DNA of 24,000 nt from Planctomycetaceae bacterium (GTDB taxonomy: Bacteria; Planctomycetota; Planctomycetia; Planctomycetales; Planctomycetaceae): contig CP051247.1 of NCBI GenBank assembly GCA_017795105.1, positions 2,925,226 to 2,949,225 on the forward strand, in the 5' to 3' direction. Of this stretch, positions 7,583 through 17,413 are shown in pieces. Under the pieces are notes generated by a model. The model had not been told where the DNA came from, did no database searches, and saw only the letters and a list, made by a program, of their open reading frames with translations. Each line of letters starts with the position of its first letter. Within the stretch, counting starts at the first letter, position 1. Position numbers and translations under genes: made by a program.

Positions 7583-7811
7583 GAGTGAAGCCAGATCTTT
7601 CTTAAGTGGCTGCTTCCAGGCCGAGGCGGAAGGGAATCAACAGTATAGCATCCGAACTCTTCTCGCCCGAACCTCCTCCACGCTCCCCGCGTCTGTCCGG
7701 AACTGGTTCGTTGACTTCCCTCGGGTCATTGTCGATGATGCCTCGCTTGCCTGACGCGGCCGATGCCGGCTCGCCTGCTGCCCGCTTTTTCCTTCATTTC
7801 TGCAGAGTTCC

Positions 7812-9314
<1,503 letters not shown>

Positions 9315-9342
9315 TCCCCAGAGCAGGGACGATTCTCGTACC

Positions 9343-9364
9343 GGCGGCACGATGCCGCCTCTAC
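9343..9364 (-). repeat. Class A REP-like element, copy A3 (reverse complement reads GTAG-a-GGCGGCA-TCG-TGCCGCC)
   Basis: Plus strand ggcggcacgatgccgcctctac. Perfect 7-bp stem. Starts 28 nt after the lysS stop (9312-9314). Confidence 0.7.
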
Positions 9365-9372
9365 GGGGGTAC

Positions 9373-9405
9373 AAAAAAAAAGAGACCCGTCTTGCGACGG
9401 GTCTC
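9373..9405 (-). terminator. Intrinsic terminator for the minus-strand PDZ gene (possibly bidirectional with lysS)
   Basis: Perfect 10-bp stem gagacccgtc (9382-9391), loop ttgc, gacgggtctc (9396-9405). It is preceded on the plus strand by A9 (9373-9381), so the hairpin is followed by U9 on the minus strand. Lies 30 nt downstream of the PDZ gene stop (9436). Confidence 0.8.
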
Positions 9406-9435
9406 CGGGCAGCGAAGGAGTTGGCGGGGTTCGGT

Positions 9436-9978
9436 TTAGTACTTCAGGCCGACTTCGAGGTGAGCGTGCATCTCGATCAGATGATGTTCGCCGCAGGGGA
9501 CAACCTGCAGGCAGGCGGTCGGTCCGGCACATTTCAGGGCGTGGAGCCAGTCGTCTTCGCAGATGATGCGGATATCATCGAAGGTCTTGATGACATCGCC
9601 AGGAGCCAGGCCGAGGCGGCAGGCTTCGCTGTTGGGCATCACTTCCTTCACCAGCATGCCTTCGGCACAGATGACGCCGAAGAATCCGAGTGACGGCAGC
9701 GGCTTCTTGCAGCCGGTTTCGCAAACCGGCTTCGCCACGAAGACTTCTTTGATCACGGGCTTCTCGATCACGACTTCCCGAACGATCGGCTTTTCGACGA
9801 TCACCGGCTTCACGTAAACCGGCTTGCGGCAGTGGCCGTAGTCGTAATCGTAGGTCTTGCGGTAGTTGTAGGTTTTGTAGCCGTAGGACTTGTAGCTGCT
9901 GCATCCGCCAGCTTCGACGTTGGTAGACGCGGTGGCAATAGCGGCGACAGCGACGAGTGCGAGAGTGAAACGGGTCAT
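9436..9978 (-). CDS. Secreted Cys/Tyr-rich protein with KPV-periodic repeat and C-terminal PDZ domain
   Basis: 180-aa ORF. Signal peptide MTRFTLALVAVAAIATASTNVEA. Tyr-rich stretch SYKSYGYKTYNYRKTYDYDYGH. Repeats KPVYV-KPVIVE-KPIVREVVIE-KPVIKEVFVA-KPV. PDZ-like core GFFGVICAEGMLVKEVMPNSEACRLGLAPGDVIKTFDD. Confidence 0.75.
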   Translation of the reverse strand: MTRFTLALVAVAAIATASTNVEAGGCSSYKSYGYKTYNYRKTYDYDYGHCRKPVYVKPVIVEKPIVREVVIEKPVIKEVFVAKPVCETGCKKPLPSLGFFGVICAEGMLVKEVMPNSEACRLGLAPGDVIKTFDDIRIICEDDWLHALKCAGPTACLQVVPCGEHHLIEMHAHLEVGLKY

Positions 9979-10174
9979 GATTCAGTTCCTTATCACTTGT
10001 GAGTTTTGTTTGAGTTGGGGTCATTCGCCCCCTGACACTCTGGAAAGCGGCAACCCGTTCCGGAGGGTGACAGCCAGCGAAGGATTTTCTCCCGGCGGCA
10101 AACTTCTTCTCGGGCTGCTATACTGAGCACTCAGGATCTGTCCGCATGTTTGTTCCCCGCTCAGGAAACGCCTG

Positions 10175-11740
10175 ATGACATTCCCCACCGCTGCCCGATG
10201 TATCAAACCGGCTCTGCTGGCTTTCGTTCTTCTCGCTTCGACGATGTTCCCCGCCTTCGCCATCGCGGCTGAGGTCGCGGGGACGAGGCCGAACATCGTC
10301 TTTCTGCTTTGCGATGACATGGGTTATGCCGAGCCCGGCTTCAACGGGGGGAATCCCGAGTTGACTCCACAGATGGATCGGCTCGCTCGCGAAGGGATGC
10401 AGCTGCGGCAGTTCTATGCCCAGCCGGTCTGTGCACCGACGCGGGCCTCGTTCCTGACGGGCCGCTATGCCTTCCGGACCTGGAGCGACTGGCGGTCGGA
10501 AGACTTCGGCAAACCGAGTTATCTGGCCAAGCTGAACCTGGCGCTGGCGAAGAATGAACGGGGCGAAGAAACGCGGCGGATTCACGGCCTCGACACCGAA
10601 GAACGGACGATTGCCGAGGCACTGCGTGACGCCGGCTACTTCACCGCGATCACTGGGAAGTGGCACTGCGGGGAATGGCTGCCCGAGCATCTGCCGATGG
10701 GCCAGGGCTTTTTGCATCAGTACGGCCATTACGCCTGGGGCATCGATTACAACAACTACACGATTCCGCACAACGCCCCGGCACGCTACGCCGTGTTCGA
10801 CTGGCATCGCAATCAGGAGCCGCTGTTCGAACAGGGTTATTCGACCGATCTCATGGCGAACGAAGCGGTCCGTCTGATTGCCGAACAGAAGTCCGACCGT
10901 CCGTTCTTCATCTACGTGCCGTTCAACGCCGTGCATGGGCCGATTGAAGAAGTCCCCCGCTACACCGATCAGTACCCAGCTCGGGAAGCTGCTCTGAAGT
11001 GTCTCGATGATGCCATCGGACGCGTGGTCGCGGCTGTGGACCAGTACGGCTTCCGCGAGAACACGCTGGTCATATTCGGCAACGACAACGGCGGGCTGAC
11101 CGACGAGATGAACCGCCCGTGGCGCGGGACCAAGAACACGACTTACGAAGGCGGCGTGCGGGTGCCGTTCGTCCTCCGCTGGCCCGGCAAGATTGAAGCC
11201 GGTTCGATCAACAACGAGATGATGCACATCACCGACCTGTTTCCGACGTTCGTGACCCTCGCCGGAGCGGAGCCCGATCAGGAACGTCCGCTCGATGGAA
11301 TCGACATGACGGAAACGCTGTTTTCCGGGGCGAAGAGCCCCCGTGAAGAGATCATCTTCGAAGTGACCGCCAGCGTGCGACTGCCGACGATTCGATCGGG
11401 CCGATACAAACTGATGGGCGACATGCTCTACGACATCGAAGCCGATCCCGGCGAACGGACCGACATCGCGGCTGAGCACCCCGAGGTCGTGAAGCGACTC
11501 AAAGCGCGACTGGAAGAAGTCGGCAGGGAACGTCCGCCGCTCGGCGAGAAAACGCTGCTGATGGATCCGCCATTGCCGTGGGTTTACGGTCAGAAGGAAA
11601 ATGAAAACGCACCCGAGTGGATCAAGCGGCACGTCGAGAAAGTCCGCGAAACGCAGCCGAAGTTCTGGCCGCCGGGAGAAACGCCGTGGCCGCAGGCCCC
11701 GGAGGGAGCGACGATTCTCTACAAGGGTGACGGTCGGTAG
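10175..11740 (+). CDS. Arylsulfatase (Cys-type, formylglycine-dependent sulfatase family), secreted
   Basis: 521-aa ORF. Signal peptide ending AFAIAAE. Sulfatase motifs NIVFLLCDDMGY, the FGly site CAPTRASFLTGR, GKWHCG, PFNAVHGP and FGNDNGG. AGGAA lies 7 nt before the ATG. Confidence 0.9.
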   Translation: MTFPTAARCIKPALLAFVLLASTMFPAFAIAAEVAGTRPNIVFLLCDDMGYAEPGFNGGNPELTPQMDRLAREGMQLRQFYAQPVCAPTRASFLTGRYAFRTWSDWRSEDFGKPSYLAKLNLALAKNERGEETRRIHGLDTEERTIAEALRDAGYFTAITGKWHCGEWLPEHLPMGQGFLHQYGHYAWGIDYNNYTIPHNAPARYAVFDWHRNQEPLFEQGYSTDLMANEAVRLIAEQKSDRPFFIYVPFNAVHGPIEEVPRYTDQYPAREAALKCLDDAIGRVVAAVDQYGFRENTLVIFGNDNGGLTDEMNRPWRGTKNTTYEGGVRVPFVLRWPGKIEAGSINNEMMHITDLFPTFVTLAGAEPDQERPLDGIDMTETLFSGAKSPREEIIFEVTASVRLPTIRSGRYKLMGDMLYDIEADPGERTDIAAEHPEVVKRLKARLEEVGRERPPLGEKTLLMDPPLPWVYGQKENENAPEWIKRHVEKVRETQPKFWPPGETPWPQAPEGATILYKGDGR

Positions 11741-11743
11741 GCT

Positions 11744-12811
11744 CTACTTCTCGCGGTTTAACAACTCGGCTTTTCGTTCCAGTCCCCAGCGGTATCCGGC
11801 CAGGCTGCCGTCCCGGCGAATGACGCGATGACAGGGGATCGCGACGGCAAGGTTGTTCCTGCCGACCGCACTGGCAACCGCCCGAGCCGAGTCGGGGCAG
11901 CCGAGGCGTTCCGCCAGTTCGGTGTAACTGACGGTCGTGCCCGGCGGAATCGCTGAGACCGCCTGCCAGACGCGCAGCTGAAACGCCGTGCCGCGAATGT
12001 CGAGCGGAAGATCCAGACCGGCCGCCGGCGTCCTGATGAAGCGGATCACGGCGGCAACCGTCTGCTCGAACTCGGGATCGTCACCGATCAACTCCGCGGC
12101 AGCGAACTCCTGTTGAAACTCCTTGAGCAGCGGCTCGGGCTCATTGCCGAGCGTGATCCGGCAGACGCCGCGTGACGTCGCCGCGACGAGAATCGATCCA
12201 AGCCAGCATTCGCCGACCGCGAATCGAATCGTCTCCCCTGCTCCGCCCGATCGAAACCGGGACGGCTGCATGCCGAGTGCGTTGGCAGTCGCCGCGTAAA
12301 GACGACTGCTCGCGGTGAATCCCGCCGTTTCCATGGCTTCCTGCACAGTTTCTTTTCGAGAAAGCTCATCGCGAAGTCGTTCGTCCCGCAGTCCAGCCGC
12401 GTACTGTCGCGGCGTCAACCCTGTCTGTTCGCGGAAGAGCCGATGGAAGTGCGAATTGCTGAGACCGACCGCTGACGCGAGCTCCGCCTGAGAGGGAATC
12501 CGGTCGGAATTCTCGATGAGCCGACAGGCCCGTTCAATCGCGACGGCCGCAGCGTTCCCGTCATCCTGATTCGGACGGCAGCGTTTACAGGCCCGAAACC
12601 CGGCGGCTTCCGCAGCCTGAGAGCTCGCGAAGAATCGCACGTTCTTGCGGGCAGGCTGTCTCGAGGGACAGACATTCCGGCAATAGACGCCCGTGGTGCG
12701 GACGCCGTAGTAGAACTGCCGATCCGCGGCCGGATCGCGCGAGACGATCGCCTGCCAGCGGGCGTCGTCGTAGGTGTAGGTGTTCGACTTCTGGACTGCG
12801 TCGACGGACAT
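11744..12811 (-). CDS. ada: Bifunctional Ada: methylphosphotriester-DNA methyltransferase / AraC-type regulator / O6-methylguanine-DNA methyltransferase
   Basis: 355-aa ORF. N-Ada zinc Cys ligands YCRNVCPSR...ACKRCRP. AraC HTH LASAVGLSNSHFHRLFREQTGLTPRQY. C-terminal MGMT active site IPCHRVIRRDGSLAGYRWG. Confidence 0.9.
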   Translation of the reverse strand: MSVDAVQKSNTYTYDDARWQAIVSRDPAADRQFYYGVRTTGVYCRNVCPSRQPARKNVRFFASSQAAEAAGFRACKRCRPNQDDGNAAAVAIERACRLIENSDRIPSQAELASAVGLSNSHFHRLFREQTGLTPRQYAAGLRDERLRDELSRKETVQEAMETAGFTASSRLYAATANALGMQPSRFRSGGAGETIRFAVGECWLGSILVAATSRGVCRITLGNEPEPLLKEFQQEFAAAELIGDDPEFEQTVAAVIRFIRTPAAGLDLPLDIRGTAFQLRVWQAVSAIPPGTTVSYTELAERLGCPDSARAVASAVGRNNLAVAIPCHRVIRRDGSLAGYRWGLERKAELLNREK

Positions 12812-12926
12812 CGTTTCGACTTCTGAAAGGTCAGTGCTTTGATGAGTTCATCTTACGGAAACCACCGGACGCGACCACTCCGTTTTCTGCTCTGCAATTC
12901 AGATTGGATAAAGGGCTCACGTATCA

Positions 12927-12972
12927 AAGGATGGCTCAGACGCGTGCGTCTGAGTGGAGGAGCCACAAGAGG
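12927..12972 (+). repeat. Class C two-hairpin composite repeat, copy C1
   Basis: aaggatggctcagacgcgtgcgtctgagtggaggagccacaagagg. Head AAGGATGGCTC, hairpin 1 ctcagacgc/gcgtctgag, hairpin 2 gtgg-aggag-ccac. Inverted relative to C2, which lies 81 nt away. Confidence 0.7.
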
Positions 12973-13053
12973 TTGGTGAACGACGAATTCTGCCTCAGCG
13001 CATTGGATCTTTTTCTGGGGAATCCCATATGCAACTTCGACGCTGAAGACCTT

Positions 13054-13100
13054 CTTCCTGTGACTTCGTCACCCAGACGTGCACGTCTGGGCCATCCCTT
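13054..13100 (-). repeat. Class C two-hairpin composite repeat, copy C2
   Basis: Minus strand reads aagggatggcccagacgtgcacgtctgggtgacgaagtcacaggaag. Hairpin 1 is a perfect 20-nt palindrome and hairpin 2 is gtgac-gaa-gtcac. Starts 9 nt after the stop of the EEP gene (13110), in sense orientation. Confidence 0.75.
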
Positions 13101-13109
13101 CGAAGCCGA

Positions 13110-14135
13110 TCAGGGCACCAACTCATAGTCCACAATCACGGCTCGGTGATCACTCCCCTTGCTGTCCACGGCCATACTGCGAATGGGCCTGACCACCGGA
13201 GTGGACCAGAGTTGGTCAATGCGGATTACGGGCAGTTCGTTGGCATAGGTTCGCCCCCAGCCGACGCCGACTTCGTGAAAGGCATCCTGCATGAACGGCG
13301 GCAGCAGTTCGAAGATGGCATCTCCCGGCGGGGCGTTGAAGTCGCCCCCCATGACGATCGCATCCTCAGGCGTGAATTCCGGCAGGGAATCGAAGATCAA
13401 CTGGAGTTGTTCCCGCTGCTTGTTCCGGTTCGCCGTATAGCTCCGCCAGCACTCGGCCTTCCAGAGGTCGATCCGCGGCGGAGGCGATTGCAGATGAAGA
13501 GGCACGAGCAGCAGCGAGATTTCGCCGATCTCGGCCCGACCTGCCATACACGTTCGATACAGATCTCTCGGCATCGGGTGCTCGGTTAGCGGAAACCGAC
13601 TGAAGATTGCGACGTCGTGGTTGCGAATCAGAAAGCTCGCCTCGCCGAAGATCTCCCGGCGAACCTGCTCAACGTCGATCCGCCGGTACTCCTGGACGAA
13701 AACGATATCGGGCTCGAACCGCTTCAGGTCGGTCACTGCGTCCTGCTGATGCAGACAGTTCAGCGTGATGATCCGGACGGTCTGATCAGTTTCCGATCGA
13801 ACCACCGGCGGAGCAGAATGGTAGAGCCCGCGAATCAACGACAGTGGAGTGTCCGCCAGCAGCAGCGTGACTACCACCGGAAGCAGCAGCAGATAGCCGT
13901 ATCGCCGGCTGGCGAACAGGAACATCAGCAGCACCGGCACGCTGACCGCGGCCGTCCAGATCCACACGGGAAAGACGGTGATGGCGGTGAATGTATCGGG
14001 CCGGTTCAGGTAGACGAACTGCAACAGCAGCAGCACCCCAGCCGTGAATCCCGCAAGCGGGCGGAACCCGCGTGGCATCGTCTTCTCGCCATGCTCGGCT
14101 GCGACAGATTCCTGGTGGTTCGGAGCGTCTTCCAT
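13110..14135 (-). CDS. Membrane-anchored endonuclease/exonuclease/phosphatase (EEP) family hydrolase (YafD/COG3021-like)
   Basis: 341-aa ORF with about 3 N-terminal TM helices (LAGFTAGVLLLLQFVYL, FPVWIWTAAVSVPVLLMFLF, YLLLLPVVVTLLLA). The EEP catalytic pattern follows: IITLNC, IVFVQE, GGDFNAPP, RIDQLW, SDHRAV. The start could alternatively be Met20 (14078). Confidence 0.8.
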   Translation of the reverse strand: MEDAPNHQESVAAEHGEKTMPRGFRPLAGFTAGVLLLLQFVYLNRPDTFTAITVFPVWIWTAAVSVPVLLMFLFASRRYGYLLLLPVVVTLLLADTPLSLIRGLYHSAPPVVRSETDQTVRIITLNCLHQQDAVTDLKRFEPDIVFVQEYRRIDVEQVRREIFGEASFLIRNHDVAIFSRFPLTEHPMPRDLYRTCMAGRAEIGEISLLLVPLHLQSPPPRIDLWKAECWRSYTANRNKQREQLQLIFDSLPEFTPEDAIVMGGDFNAPPGDAIFELLPPFMQDAFHEVGVGWGRTYANELPVIRIDQLWSTPVVRPIRSMAVDSKGSDHRAVIVDYELVP

Positions 14136-14145
14136 GACCGGCAGC

Positions 14146-15315
14146 TTACTGATTCAACAGATGGTTGGCGAACTGACGTCCCGTCTTCGACAGCGGCAAT
14201 TCCTTCAACTGCTCCCGCGTGACCCACTGCTGATCGCCCGGCTGATCGTCGTTCAGATTCACGTCAAACTCGGCTACAAGACAGAGCAGCGTGATGCGGT
14301 AGCGGGTGACGCCGTGCTTGATGGTCAGTGCCAGATCCTGAATCTCGGCCTGCAGCTGATAACGTTCGCGAAGCAGCTGCTCTGCTCGGGCAAACTCCTG
14401 CGGAAACAGATCGTGGTCCGTGAACAGTTCGCCCGACTTCCTGGAACGGGAACGCTTCAGAATCGGAAAGTCGTTCTGCTCCCAGCGGAGGAAATCCCAG
14501 AGTCCGGCCCAGCGTTCTTCCGGCGAATACTGCCGCACCAGAAAACGGTCGTCCTGTTTCACGGCTACGCACAGATGGACCACATCCGTCAGTTCGATCT
14601 TTTTCTTCGGATGCGGAATCTCCTGTTGCCGCTGCTGCTCGAAGGCTCGGCAATGGCGGGAGACAGGGCAGGCGTCACAGAGCGGATCGGCCGGTTTGCA
14701 GATCTGTCCGCCAAGTTCCATCAGCGCCTGATTGAACAGCCCCGGATCGCGTTTCGGCACCAGCTGCTCGGCGAAGCCCCAGAGCGTTTTCTGAGCCACG
14801 GTCGACTGCAGTGGACGATCGTAGGCGAGCAGTCGGGCGTAGAGACGCTGTGTGTTGGCTTCGAGAATGGGCGCGGGAAGATCGTAGGCGAACGAGGCGA
14901 TCGCTCCAGCCGTGTAGCGACCGATGCCCGGGAGTTCGTGCAGTTCGGCAGCCGAACGGGGAAACTCGCCGTTTCGTTCCTCGGCGACGATTCGAGCCGT
15001 CTTGTGAATGTTGCGGGCCCGCGAGTAGTAGCCGAGCCCTTCCCAGAGCCGAAGAACCTCTGCTTCCTCTGCAACCGCGAGAGCCATGACATCGGGGAAG
15101 CGATCGAGGAACCGTTCGTAATAGGGAATCACAGCCGCCACGGTCGTCTGCTGCAGCATGATTTCGCTGAGCCAGATCCGATACGGATCCGCGGTGAGTC
15201 GCCACGGCAGTTCGCGGCCCGCTTTACGATACCAGCGTTTCAGATCGGCGCGGAACGACTTCAGCGTCGCCGGCTCGAACAGCTGCGTCTCCGACTCGGC
15301 TGTATTAGATGTCAT
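14146..15315 (-). CDS. mutY: A/G-specific adenine DNA glycosylase MutY
   Basis: In the frame of track ORF 14146..15420, with the start set at Met36 (ATG 15315..15313; MTSNTAESETQLF). Motifs LPWR...DPYRIWLSEIMLQQTTV and GLGYYSRARN, HhH-GPD PGIGRYTAGAI, and the 4Fe-4S loop CKPADPLCDACPVSRHC. A C-terminal NUDIX-like domain is present. The ATG overlaps the upstream gene's stop by 11 nt (ATGACATCTAA). Confidence 0.9.
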   Translation of the reverse strand: MTSNTAESETQLFEPATLKSFRADLKRWYRKAGRELPWRLTADPYRIWLSEIMLQQTTVAAVIPYYERFLDRFPDVMALAVAEEAEVLRLWEGLGYYSRARNIHKTARIVAEERNGEFPRSAAELHELPGIGRYTAGAIASFAYDLPAPILEANTQRLYARLLAYDRPLQSTVAQKTLWGFAEQLVPKRDPGLFNQALMELGGQICKPADPLCDACPVSRHCRAFEQQRQQEIPHPKKKIELTDVVHLCVAVKQDDRFLVRQYSPEERWAGLWDFLRWEQNDFPILKRSRSRKSGELFTDHDLFPQEFARAEQLLRERYQLQAEIQDLALTIKHGVTRYRITLLCLVAEFDVNLNDDQPGDQQWVTREQLKELPLSKTGRQFANHLLNQ

Positions 15316-15985
15316 AGCCGGGCGGGATCGAATCAGAACCAAAACGTTGTTCGAGCCAGGGATCACCGATGTTGTGATAGCCTCCCTGCTCCCAGTAGCC
15401 GGGCTGGTCCTCAGCGACAAACGTCAGCGACTTCAGCCATTTGGCACTCTTCCACGCATAGAGCAGCGGCACGATGAGCCGCACGGGTGCCCCGTGGTCG
15501 GCAGAGAGCGGTTCGCCATCGTGCAGATCACACAGCAGTGCATCGGGCGAAAGGAAATGTTCGAGCGGCAGATTCGTCGTCCAGCCACGGTCGTAACCGC
15601 CGGCGATCACGAACTTCGCCTCGGCCTGAACGCCCACCATCTCGAAGATGGTCTTCGCGGAGACCCCTTCCCAGAGATTCCCGAGCCGCGACCATTTCGT
15701 GACACAGTGAAAGTCGGAGAAGACCTTCACCCGGGGCAGTTGCTGAAATTCTTCCCAGCTGAACGAGAGCGGGCGATCGACCAGGCCATCGACCGTCAAC
15801 GTCCACTGGTCTGTCGAGATGTTGGGAACGGAACCAGCCTGCAGCACCGGCCATTTCTTCGTGCGGGACTGCCCGGGTGGAATGCGTTCGTCGCGCCGCG
15901 TGTCGCTGCTGATGACGACATCCTCCGGCAGATCGACCGGCTCGGGAGCGGCTCCGTCCTGATACTTGGGATCCGAGATGGTCAT
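15305..15985 (-). CDS. Short cytoplasmic sulfite-oxidase-fold (SUOX family) molybdopterin-dependent oxidoreductase
   Basis: In the frame of track ORF 15305..16087, with the start set at Met35 (ATG 15985..15983), which is preceded by GGGAGAA with a 4-nt spacer. The extra 34 codons are read-through of repeats A4 and B2. Motifs SDFHCVTKWSRLGNLWEGV (Mo-ligand Cys context), PVRLIVPLLYAWKSAKWLKSL and PGYWEQGGYHNIGDPWLEQRF. No signal peptide. Confidence 0.8.
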   Translation of the reverse strand: MTISDPKYQDGAAPEPVDLPEDVVISSDTRRDERIPPGQSRTKKWPVLQAGSVPNISTDQWTLTVDGLVDRPLSFSWEEFQQLPRVKVFSDFHCVTKWSRLGNLWEGVSAKTIFEMVGVQAEAKFVIAGGYDRGWTTNLPLEHFLSPDALLCDLHDGEPLSADHGAPVRLIVPLLYAWKSAKWLKSLTFVAEDQPGYWEQGGYHNIGDPWLEQRFGSDSIPPGYDI

Positions 15986-16011
15986 CGTTTTCTCCCACAC
16001 GACGGGTGCCC

Positions 16012-16031
16012 TGCCCACGCTCGCGTGGGCA
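16012..16031. repeat. Class B hairpin B2 (tgcccacgc-tc-gcgtgggca)
   Basis: 9-bp stem identical in core (gcccacgc/gcgtgggc) to B1. Lies 26 nt upstream of the SUOX-fold gene start. Confidence 0.65.
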
Positions 16032-16055
16032 TGCTTGTCCTGATTCGCAACTTCC

Positions 16056-16077
16056 GTAGCGGCGGCATCTTGCCGCC
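16056..16077 (+). repeat. Class A REP-like element, copy A4 (GTAG-c-GGCGGCA-TCT-TGCCGCC)
   Basis: gtagcggcggcatcttgccgcc, perfect 7-bp stem. With flanks it matches A1 at 26 of 29 nt (ttccgtaScggcggcatcYtgccgcYgaa). Confidence 0.7.
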
Positions 16078-16201
16078 GAATCCGCACGGCACCCTCACCG
16101 CCGCTTCACATTTCGTTTGACGAGATCGTCCAATCGGCGGCTGGAAGCCGCTGCTACGAATTCGCTAAGGGAAGTAGTGCCAATACAACGCCGGCCAGCG
16201 A

Positions 16202-16247
16202 CTTCCTGTGACTTCGTCACCCAGACGCACGCGTCCGGGCCATCCTT
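16202..16247 (-). repeat. Class C two-hairpin composite repeat, copy C3
   Basis: Minus strand reads aaggatggcccggacgcgtgcgtctgggtgacgaagtcacaggaag. About 42 of 47 positions are identical to C2, and the first 26 nt on the plus strand are identical. Begins 1 nt after the mqnC stop (16249-16251), in sense orientation. Confidence 0.75.
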
Positions 16248-16248
16248 G

Positions 16249-17397
<1,149 letters not shown>

Positions 17398-17413
17398 AAA
17401 AGTCCACCGGAGT

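Noticed and set aside
7711-7739. Sigma-70-like promoter for lysS: TTGACT (7711-7716), a 17-nt spacer, then GATGAT (7734-7739).
   Set aside because: The -10 hexamer is poor and promoter consensus in this lineage is uncertain. Without TSS data this is guesswork, so it is not listed as a feature.
12812-12926. Ada-box operator upstream of ada. The minus strand contains AATTGCAGAGC and ATCAAAGCACTG, loosely like the E. coli AAT...GCAA / AAAGCGCA boxes.
   Set aside because: These are only partial matches to a consensus defined in a distant organism, and I cannot support their spacing relative to any promoter.
12927-16247. Whether the recurring hairpin repeats could be a degenerate CRISPR array.
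   Set aside because: Copies are kilobases apart and in mixed orientations. They belong to different families, are not separated by uniform spacers, and no cas genes are present.
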